DNA of 12,978 bases from an uncultured archaeon (GTDB taxonomy: Archaea > Asgardarchaeota > Lokiarchaeia > Sigyniarchaeales > SOKP01), in NCBI GenBank assembly GCA_964508365.1, contig CAZDTP010000085.1, positions 1 to 12,978 of the forward strand, read 5' to 3'. The notes beneath the pieces are model-generated. The model saw nothing but the letters and a program-made list of their open reading frames with translations. It made no database searches and was not told where the DNA came from. A program made the translations under genes and the position numbers. Shown piece after piece: positions 1-7,074 of the stretch. Position 1 is the first letter of the stretch. Each line of letters opens with the position of its first letter.

Positions 1-123
1 TTGTTCTGTGATAGAATATTCCCAACATGCATTTACATGTTAATGTCTCATTAAATCTAATTGTTTTGGAAATAATTCTTTTAATTTTGTATATAATTTA
101 TTAAGTTCCATTGTGTATGATCT

Positions 124-1617
124 TCATTTAATTTTCTCTAAATTCAGCGGAGTACCATCATATATATATTTTCCATAAACTAACTCTTGAGGATAATATT
201 TACAACCTGCAGGATAAGCAGAATCTTTAATTCCTCCTAAAGAAACCGTAATGTCAACTAGCATAGGTCTTGCATTAACATAAATATTTGCAGCTTCTAA
301 TTGATCCTTAAAAACCTCAATATTGTCCAAATTAGAAGTGTAAACAACTGCTCTCATACCATAATTGCTTGCATTTGCTAATCTAATTGCATCTTTCATA
401 TCTTTGGCTTTAGTAATAGAACGGACAGGTCCAAAAGCCTCTTCTCTCCACAAAAACGGAGCTTTAGATAAATCCTCACATAAATCTGGTTTAATTTCAA
501 CCAGAGTCGGCGTATAAAATAAACCATAGTCTTCTCCTGTATCAATTTTTTCACCACCAGTATATATTTTAACACCATATTCTTTAGCATCAGCCACCAT
601 CACTTCCATCATCATAAGTATACGTCGACTTCCTAACGGTCCAATATCAACGGTGGGATCTGTGGGGTCTCCATATTTCAATTTCTCCATTTCTTTTATG
701 AGACATTCTGTATATTCATCATATATATCTTGATGGACTATAATTCGCTTCATTGAGAAACATTGTTGACCTGAATTGGTGTAACTTGCCATAGCATTCC
801 ACTTAGCTACATGCTCTAAATTCACATCATCCATTACTATTCCAGCATCATTTCCCGCGCACTCAAAGAAGAATTGTTTGAAAGGTTGAGTATACATTGC
901 GACGCCCATTGATCTATCTGCAGTTTTTTTCAGCAACCTTCCATATCTCACAAGAATATCTTTTGCAGTATGTGAAGAGGTAACCGTCATGATAATCTTG
1001 ATTAAATGAGATTTAAGAAATTCATCTACGGCCCATTCTCCAGGAGCTATAACTAAATTTAATGCATCCAATCCCGGAAAATCCATATCCTTCATGGTAG
1101 AATAGGCCTCTAACATGGTTAAGGGGCATGCGGTAGATGGTTTAACAATTGCACCATTTCCTACTAAATAATTTGCTCCCATCTGATAAAGGGGAAGGCT
1201 AATAGGTGTGTTACGAGGAGATATACAAGCAGATAATCCATGTGGAATATATTTTATTGTTGCATTTTGCTCGCCTTCAATACCTGTTAATGGTTTGTCT
1301 TCTATAAATTGATGATACCAATCGCAAAATTTGAAACCAGTCATTACTATGCCTAGTTCCCATTCAGAATATTTGATCGGTAAGCCTCCCTCTGCAACGA
1401 CTAAATCCTTTAACTGGGCTTTTTTAAAGCGCAATTTAGTAGCAAATTTAGAAAGAACTTGAGCTCGTTCAAAGAAATCCATTTCTCTTAATAAGTGTTG
1501 ATTTTTATGAACTTTTTTTATTTTATCGTTAACAGTCTCTGGTGTATCAGCAGGAACAGTTCCTATAATCTCACCAGTGTATTTATTTTTTATTTCTAAT
1601 TCGTGAACTTTTGCCAT
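124..1617 (-). CDS. Aldehyde dehydrogenase family protein, divergent
   Basis: 497 aa ORF. Has the N-terminal IKNKYTGEIIGTVP, oxyanion Asn in SPRNTP, VKPS, catalytic Glu in ECAGND (E252), catalytic Cys in NSGQQCFS (C286), EEAFGPV and LGGIKDS. SD-like AAGGT lies upstream. Confidence 0.93.
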   Translation of the reverse strand: MAKVHELEIKNKYTGEIIGTVPADTPETVNDKIKKVHKNQHLLREMDFFERAQVLSKFATKLRFKKAQLKDLVVAEGGLPIKYSEWELGIVMTGFKFCDWYHQFIEDKPLTGIEGEQNATIKYIPHGLSACISPRNTPISLPLYQMGANYLVGNGAIVKPSTACPLTMLEAYSTMKDMDFPGLDALNLVIAPGEWAVDEFLKSHLIKIIMTVTSSHTAKDILVRYGRLLKKTADRSMGVAMYTQPFKQFFFECAGNDAGIVMDDVNLEHVAKWNAMASYTNSGQQCFSMKRIIVHQDIYDEYTECLIKEMEKLKYGDPTDPTVDIGPLGSRRILMMMEVMVADAKEYGVKIYTGGEKIDTGEDYGLFYTPTLVEIKPDLCEDLSKAPFLWREEAFGPVRSITKAKDMKDAIRLANASNYGMRAVVYTSNLDNIEVFKDQLEAANIYVNARPMLVDITVSLGGIKDSAYPAGCKYYPQELVYGKYIYDGTPLNLEKIK

Positions 1618-1673
1618 ATTTTTATTACCTTTCTAATTTTATTGATTTATCTACAAATTATTCAAAATGAGTT

Positions 1674-2153
1674 TTACATACTATAAATATCGTCATCATC
1701 TTTGAGGATTCCAGCAGTTTGGGCAAATTTTCCATAGCCCATATCGATTAAAACTTGTGTTCTTTTATGCAATACAAAATCAATCCATCCTTTTTCCTCA
1801 TCTGGATCATTATAAAACGTTCCTAAAAGGTTTGCATACTCTACTTTCGTTTTAGTTTGGATCAATTTTTTAACCGCACTTACCGAGAGTGCTAGTTCTA
1901 AATCTGAATTAATTGCTCTTCCGGGTTTGATTTCTATTCCATTTCCATTTCTTAACACATTAAAGATATCTACGGGAGATTCTTTATCATATGTTTCAAT
2001 TGAATTATAAAGAGCGAAATCAAAATTTGATGCCAAAATTAGATCAGAAAAAATTTCCGGATATTGTGCTAGAAATGTGGTGTACTTTTTTGCTATTTCT
2101 GTTTTATATGCTTCCTTATCAATAATCTGACTTGTTAATTCCTCTTCTAACAT
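1674..2153 (-). CDS. Hypothetical protein, possible SCP2 (sterol carrier protein 2)-like lipid-binding fold
   Basis: 159 aa ORF with short gaps to both neighbours (18 and 56 bp), so likely a real gene. FNVLRNGNGIEIKPG...SDLELALSVSAVKKLI resembles the SCP2 beta-hairpin-G...D-hydrophobic strand-helix pattern. The fold call is by eye only. Confidence 0.5.
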   Translation of the reverse strand: MLEEELTSQIIDKEAYKTEIAKKYTTFLAQYPEIFSDLILASNFDFALYNSIETYDKESPVDIFNVLRNGNGIEIKPGRAINSDLELALSVSAVKKLIQTKTKVEYANLLGTFYNDPDEEKGWIDFVLHKRTQVLIDMGYGKFAQTAGILKDDDDIYSM

Positions 2154-2171
2154 GATTTTCGTGTGTATTTA

Positions 2172-3170
2172 TTATTTTTTTTCTTCTTCATTATATTCCT
2201 TATACCATTTAATTGTCTCTTCTAAACCTTCTCTTAATGGAGTAATTTTATAACCAAATTTATCGATGGCTTTTTTTGAAGAATAAGATCTATGATATTT
2301 AATTGCTCTTAGTGTAGGTCGAGTTAAAAAAGGGGTCTTCTTGGTAAACCATGCTTTAACTTCCAATAACCATGCATATGCCATTGCTAATGTAAAAGGA
2401 AGCTTTCTTGCTTTTTTATTTCTACTAATTTTGGCAATTAAATCAAGATAATCTTTAAATTTAACATTTTCTCCCCCAAGAATAAAGTCTTCCCCAAAAA
2501 GATCTTCTCTATTTAATACATCTGCTAAAGCATTAGATATGTCATATACATAAGATAAACAGGTCATAGCTTCTCCTTTTCCAGGGCAAATACCCAAGGG
2601 AAGTAATTTTCCCCTCATAACATCAAATAGCATTCTACCGAATATATTAAAATCTCCTGGACCATATACAATTCCAGGATAAAATATCATGGTTTTCAAA
2701 CCTTTTGGTATATAACTTTTCACCAGTTTTTTCGCTTGAAATTTAGATTTCTCATATTCCATAAAAAAAGTCTCATTTTCATGAGTCTCATCAACAGCCT
2801 CTTGAGGAGTAGGTCCCAATGCAGTAAAGGAACTAACATAATATAGTTTTAGATTATTTTCAAGAGCAATATTAGCGATATTTTCTGTCCCTTTAACATT
2901 AACTTCATAATAAATAGATTTATCTTTCGCCCATATCGCAGTATAAGCTGCAAGATGGTATATAGTATCTACATTATTCACAGCTTTTTTTAAACTGCTA
3001 ACATCTTGGATATCGCCAACAATATAATCAATATTATTAAGCTCCTTAAATGGTGTTATATTACTGCTCTCTCTTATCAGTAATTTTACTCCATGTCCTA
3101 ATTCGTGTAATTTTTTAACTAAAGGTATGCCAATAAATCCCGTTCCTCCAGTTACAAGTATATTCGCCAT
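2172..3170 (-). CDS. NAD-dependent epimerase/dehydratase (extended SDR), DFR/HpnA/3beta-HSD-like
   Basis: 332 aa. Motifs TGGTGFIG, YHLAA, VNVKGT, YVSSFTALGP, catalytic YEKSK (YxxxK) and PGIVYGPGD. Confidence 0.9.
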   Translation of the reverse strand: MANILVTGGTGFIGIPLVKKLHELGHGVKLLIRESSNITPFKELNNIDYIVGDIQDVSSLKKAVNNVDTIYHLAAYTAIWAKDKSIYYEVNVKGTENIANIALENNLKLYYVSSFTALGPTPQEAVDETHENETFFMEYEKSKFQAKKLVKSYIPKGLKTMIFYPGIVYGPGDFNIFGRMLFDVMRGKLLPLGICPGKGEAMTCLSYVYDISNALADVLNREDLFGEDFILGGENVKFKDYLDLIAKISRNKKARKLPFTLAMAYAWLLEVKAWFTKKTPFLTRPTLRAIKYHRSYSSKKAIDKFGYKITPLREGLEETIKWYKEYNEEEKK

Positions 3171-3189
3171 TATAAATAATCAGTATTAG

Positions 3190-3210
3190 TATATTCAAGT
3201 CTTGAATATA
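3190..3210. promoter_or_regulatory. Palindromic operator candidate (ATTCAA-N3-TTGAAT), copy 1
   Basis: Perfect 10-bp-arm palindrome TATATTCAAG-T-CTTGAATATA, centred 30 bp upstream of the 3170 ATG. The core recurs at 4210-4224. Confidence 0.65.
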
Positions 3211-3225
3211 GAAAATCATTAAATC

Positions 3226-3249
3226 TTGTTTTTAAAGCTTTCAAAACAA
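3226..3249 (-). promoter_or_regulatory. BRE/TATA-like promoter of the SDR-SCP2-ALDH operon
   Basis: Minus strand reads GAAAGCTTTAAAAA (TATA at 3236-3229), within a 24-bp near-palindrome TTGTTTTTAAAGCTTTCAAAACAA. The predicted TSS falls inside the 3190-3210 palindrome. Confidence 0.45.
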
Positions 3250-3315
3250 TTAATATTATTAAAATAAGAGAAGTTTAGAAATTTTGACAAATATGTAGTA
3301 AATTTAAAAGAATTA

Positions 3316-4182
3316 TTATTGACCAATCCAAGATATAATATATTTGAATTCTTCGGGAGTATTAATATCTGGGCTTAAAAATTCCCACATTCCTTCTATT
3401 CCAACTTCTTTTGCAGTTAGATCAAAGTGACAAATTGCAATTCCTATATCGAGGCTAATGAACGTATTGTAAACTTTCAATTTTAAATCTTGTGAGGATT
3501 TCACATAGAAATGAAAATTATCGCTATCCTTTTCTTTTAAAACTCTCCATGGTTGCTTGTTGCCCGCCGATGGAGCAAGTCGAACCATTTCCAACAAAGT
3601 TTCATATCTACCAGTTGTCTCTCGAGGAAGGGCTGTCGAGAATGTGTTTTCAAAAAATAGTTTACTCCAAGGTAATCGAGAATCTGCTTTTATGAATGCT
3701 CTTATTATTTTCTCTTTACTGCGTCTGGTTTCAGTAGGATATCCGATAGGCGTTATTGCTGGGACATTTTCGTTTGATTGACACATTATCTTATTGGAAA
3801 AAAGACTTTTATTAAAAAAACCACCTAACCAACATGTTCCTAAACCCATATCAGTTGCAGATAAAATGATTGACTCTAAAAGATAACCGAAGTTCTCCCG
3901 ATCATAACTTGAGTTTTCGGTTGACCCTACAATAAATTCCTGAGCTCCTTTTATTATTCCATAAGTGCCTATCTTTTTTTTTTCATCAGGATCAAATTCT
4001 GGAACACTAACTAATTCAAATCGACATTTTCCAGCATTTCTACTAAATGGGCTTTCGAAATCATCTAATTGTAAAATTTGCTTAATTTTTTCTTTAGAAT
4101 CTTCTTCAAGTAGTCGTTTAGAATAAGTTCTCCAAGATGTTCGTTCCTTAATTATTTCTATAATTGATTTTGAGAATTGCAT
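3316..4182 (-). CDS. Nitroreductase family protein (FMN-dependent, two-domain TM1586-like type)
   Basis: 288 aa. FMN-binding RTSWRTY, GTYGIIKGA, GYLLESIILSATDMGLGTCWLGG, LAPSAGNKQPWR and DIGIAICHF. Confidence 0.88.
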   Translation of the reverse strand: MQFSKSIIEIIKERTSWRTYSKRLLEEDSKEKIKQILQLDDFESPFSRNAGKCRFELVSVPEFDPDEKKKIGTYGIIKGAQEFIVGSTENSSYDRENFGYLLESIILSATDMGLGTCWLGGFFNKSLFSNKIMCQSNENVPAITPIGYPTETRRSKEKIIRAFIKADSRLPWSKLFFENTFSTALPRETTGRYETLLEMVRLAPSAGNKQPWRVLKEKDSDNFHFYVKSSQDLKLKVYNTFISLDIGIAICHFDLTAKEVGIEGMWEFLSPDINTPEEFKYIISWIGQ

Positions 4183-4207
4183 ATAGTTCTGTAAAAAATA
4201 ATATTAT

Positions 4208-4226
4208 TAATTCAACCTTTGAATTA
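4208..4226. promoter_or_regulatory. Palindromic operator candidate (ATTCAA-N3-TTGAAT), copy 2
   Basis: TAATTCAA-CCT-TTGAATTA with perfect 8-bp arms, centred 35 bp upstream of the nitroreductase ATG. It lies directly downstream of a minus-strand AAAAG-TTATTAAA BRE/TATA-like element (TATA 4237-4230). Confidence 0.65.
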
Positions 4227-4259
4227 TATTTTAATAACTTTTATCTTTATTTAATATCA

Positions 4260-4596
4260 TCAATCAGGAAAACATTTATTTATCTTAATAAGGGAATATT
4301 TTAGATATTGTTTCATAAATTGGCGTTCACTATTGCAATATTCAAGTTTTTGATCATTTGATAATCCCTCACAGTTATCTATAAGATTATGTACATCATT
4401 TATCATAGTCATGTAATCATTTTTAACAGATTCACATTTTTGGATGATTAACTCATCATCTGAAAGATGAGTTATAGGAAGATCAAGATTAGAAAATTCT
4501 CTATTATTAAGTAAAGAAGGCGTTTCAATTAAAGATCCTTCAATTAAATTTTCTACTTTTGGAGTATTAATAAAGCCTTTTGAAATGAATACTCAT
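4260..4596 (-). pseudogene. Frameshifted small gene (~111 aa) of unknown function, not in the ORF track
   Basis: Frame 4592->4260 is open for 110 codons despite very high AT content but has no early start codon. ATG at 4596 lies in the adjacent frame, and removing one A from TTC AAA AGG joins them (MSIHFKGFINTPKVENLIEG...KINKCFPD). Confidence 0.55.
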
Positions 4597-4642
4597 CTCG
4601 AAGAATTTTCGAATTAAAGAAAATAAAACAAGATCGCTATTT

Positions 4643-4651
4643 AAAAAAAAA
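4643..4651 (-). terminator. T9 tract: candidate archaeal-type terminator of the Gfo gene, overlapping a TATA-like TTTAAATA
   Basis: Nine consecutive T on the minus strand about 37 nt after the 4688 stop codon. Confidence 0.4.
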
Positions 4652-4687
4652 GCCTCTATAAGTTTAGTAAAATTAAGATAAGAGTAA

Positions 4688-5815
4688 TTATTCTAGACAG
4701 ACATTTTCTTTGATCGATAGGGGCAATTCTTCTAAAATAATTTTTGTTCCTTTATTTTTATAGAGCTTAATCAAATCCTCCATTGTGGTTGTTTTTTCTT
4801 TTTTGGCAGACAAATAAGATAAAAGAACAGTAGCTATTGCTTCTTTTGCTTGTTCAGGTGTAAATTCAGGTTCAATGTCATTGAGAATACAATCGGCAAA
4901 ATATAAATCTTCCTTTCTCATTGAAATTTTATAATATTTTGGAAAAGGTCCATGCTCAATTCTGGGTTCATACCACTTTCCTTTATTTTCTTCCATATCT
5001 TCATGGTTAGAGTGTATTTTTACGGGATTATTCCATTCATGATTTTCAATAATAGTCCCTCTCGTTCCATATATTTCTAAGCTATTTGTTGGGGGTGATA
5101 TTACAGAAAAACTAACAAGTGTTTCTACGATAGTACCTTTTTTATAATTTAGAAAAACCATTGCATTATCTTCAGCTTTTTCCTTTAAATTTGTGCATTG
5201 CTTCGTCAGCCAACAGTAAGCAGATTCAGCTTTATCGTTTAGAATCCAATTTATTGTAGCAAATTTATGAGCACCCATATCCATCAAAGCTCCACCACCA
5301 GCTAATATTGGATTTCCTTTCCAAAAACCTTCTTTCATTAATCCAGGTATTTCGTTTACTCCTTCATAAGATCTCACCAGAAAAGGGTTACCAATCAGTC
5401 CAGATTGTATTGCATTCGCTATATAGTCATGAGCAGGTAGAAAACGATGGTTCTCAGCTATCATAAATTTAACTCCTGCTTTTTTAGTAGCTTCGATCAT
5501 TTGATCACATCCTTCGAGAGTAGTCGCCATTGGCTTTTCACAAAGAACATGTTTTCCCGCCTTAGCTGCGGCAATAACATATTTCTCATGCAGATAATGG
5601 GGGACCATAATTAGTACAGCATCAATATCGCTCTTAAAAAAATCCTCTGGATCTTTATAAAAACTCATATTGTTTGCTTTTGCTGTTCTTCTTGCAACCT
5701 TTTCATTAACATCATAAACCGCTGTAAAGCGAATTTTCGGATCATTATTCCAACCAAATTTATGAAATCGCCAAACACTTCCAGAACCAATTATTCCAAA
5801 TTTGACATAAGTCAT
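4688..5815 (-). CDS. Gfo/Idh/MocA family NAD(P)-dependent oxidoreductase (paralog 1)
   Basis: 375 aa. KFGIIGSG Rossmann start, VPHYLH, GKHVLCEKP, AENHRF and GGGALMDMGAH (D-x3-H catalytic motif). Confidence 0.92.
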   Translation of the reverse strand: MTYVKFGIIGSGSVWRFHKFGWNNDPKIRFTAVYDVNEKVARRTAKANNMSFYKDPEDFFKSDIDAVLIMVPHYLHEKYVIAAAKAGKHVLCEKPMATTLEGCDQMIEATKKAGVKFMIAENHRFLPAHDYIANAIQSGLIGNPFLVRSYEGVNEIPGLMKEGFWKGNPILAGGGALMDMGAHKFATINWILNDKAESAYCWLTKQCTNLKEKAEDNAMVFLNYKKGTIVETLVSFSVISPPTNSLEIYGTRGTIIENHEWNNPVKIHSNHEDMEENKGKWYEPRIEHGPFPKYYKISMRKEDLYFADCILNDIEPEFTPEQAKEAIATVLLSYLSAKKEKTTTMEDLIKLYKNKGTKIILEELPLSIKENVCLE

Positions 5816-5864
5816 AGTTAAAAAATTTAATACTAGTTTTTATAGATTTACAATCGATTTATTT

Positions 5865-5882
5865 TTATTAAAGGTTTTTAAT
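5865..5882. promoter_or_regulatory. Back-to-back TATA-like elements for the divergent Gfo / M24 genes
   Basis: TTATTAAAGGTTTTTAAT. Plus strand reads AAAGG-TTTTTAAT about 47 bp before ATG 5929; minus strand reads AAAAACC-TTTAATAA about 50 bp before ATG 5815. Confidence 0.4.
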
Positions 5883-5928
5883 CAACTCTGTATTTTTATT
5901 CATAAATAAGGTAAAATTTTGATTAATA

Positions 5929-7062
5929 ATGGCAGAGCCAATAGGATACAATAAAGAGAGAGCACAAAAAGTATTGAATAATCATGATGTCGATCTTTTA
6001 ATTGCTTCTAGCCCTGTGAATGTGTTTTATACTACAGGTTTACCTGTTACTCATGTAGCACCAAATCCCATTTTATATGTACTATCAAATCAATATCCAA
6101 ATCTTTCTATGGTCAGACGAGATGGAGAAGAAAGTGCTATTATCTGGTCTCTATATGATAGTGTTGAAGAATTTTCCTGGCTGTCCCAGAGTGAGGTTTT
6201 TAGAGTAGGTTCTCTGGATGCAGCAGTAAAGGTTCTCCTGAAAAAAGTTGAGGAATGGGAGTTAGGAAATAAAACTATAGGCCTTGAATCATTTATGCCT
6301 CGTTATCAATCTGAAGCTTTGCAAAAGAAATTTCCAGATGCTAAATTTATTAATGCTGATGATAGCTTTATCGAGATGAGACTTATCAAGACAGAAGAAG
6401 AAGTTAGGAGAATTCGAAAATCAACAGATGTTACTGAGAAAGCTATCGAAGCTTGTATAGAAGCCGTTGAATTAGATATGAAGGATACAGAATTACTACG
6501 AATCGCGAGACGAACATTTGTGGATGAGGGCGCATGGGGATGGGATCATCTTACAATGAATATCGGTCCTTCAGATCCAGAAGCTCCTGGACTCGGAATA
6601 CCTGTTACTCCAAACGATATTATACGATTTGATTTTGGCGGTGTATGGGAAGGATATATTTCAGATGTGAGTCGAGGGGTTGTTATAGGGGAAGTACCAA
6701 AGAAAGCTCAAGAAGCTATGGATTATATGATTAAAGTTCAAGAATATTGTGCTGAAAATATTAAACCTGGCGTTAATGCTAAAGTTTTTAGGGAAAAAGC
6801 TCAAGCATATTTAAAGTCTCTCACGAAAAGGGGTTTTTATCTTATTACAGCACATAGTATAGGGTTAGAATGTGAAGAAATTCATCTTTTTGGACCTACG
6901 GGCGCATTAGATGTTGCTTTTGAAAAAAATATGGTATTAGATCTTGAAGTATGGTTAAATGTAAGAGGTCAAGGTTTAGTTGGTGTTGAAGATTGTTATC
7001 GAGTGACGGAAAATGGTACAGAAAGGCTTTCCAGACTTGATAAGGATATTGTAATAAAATAA
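5929..7062 (+). CDS. Peptidase M24 family (creatinase-N + pita-bread) metalloenzyme, atypical active site (paralog 1)
   Basis: 377 aa. N-domain DLLIASSPVNVFYTTG, linker MRLIKTEEEV, and metal ligands D235, D246, H309, E340, E354 (RFDFG, SDVSR, HSIGL, LDLEVW, GVEDC). Confidence 0.9.
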   Translation: MAEPIGYNKERAQKVLNNHDVDLLIASSPVNVFYTTGLPVTHVAPNPILYVLSNQYPNLSMVRRDGEESAIIWSLYDSVEEFSWLSQSEVFRVGSLDAAVKVLLKKVEEWELGNKTIGLESFMPRYQSEALQKKFPDAKFINADDSFIEMRLIKTEEEVRRIRKSTDVTEKAIEACIEAVELDMKDTELLRIARRTFVDEGAWGWDHLTMNIGPSDPEAPGLGIPVTPNDIIRFDFGGVWEGYISDVSRGVVIGEVPKKAQEAMDYMIKVQEYCAENIKPGVNAKVFREKAQAYLKSLTKRGFYLITAHSIGLECEEIHLFGPTGALDVAFEKNMVLDLEVWLNVRGQGLVGVEDCYRVTENGTERLSRLDKDIVIK

Positions 7063-7068
7063 GGTGAT
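7062..7068 (+). promoter_or_regulatory. Shine-Dalgarno site AGGTGAT coupling the M24 gene to SDR1
   Basis: AGGTGAT overlaps the M24 stop codon and ends 6 nt before ATG 7075. It is complementary to the 16S 3' end AUCACCU. Confidence 0.65.
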
Positions 7069-7074
7069 TAATAA

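Noticed and set aside
396-590. 64-aa minus-strand ORF in the track
   Set aside because: Alternative frame fully inside the ALDH gene, with no motif or RBS.
3492-3781. Two short plus-strand ORFs (67 and 74 aa)
   Set aside because: Antisense shadows of the nitroreductase, with no recognisable features.
4449-4474. 9-bp inverted repeat TAACTCATC-N8-GATGAGTTA (possible ncRNA or terminator hairpin)
   Set aside because: Single occurrence inside the hidden ORF, with no U-tract and no second copy; compatible with chance.
4598-4612. TCGAA-N5-TTCGA dyad just upstream of the hidden ORF's ATG
   Set aside because: Only 5-bp arms, and not repeated elsewhere in the window.
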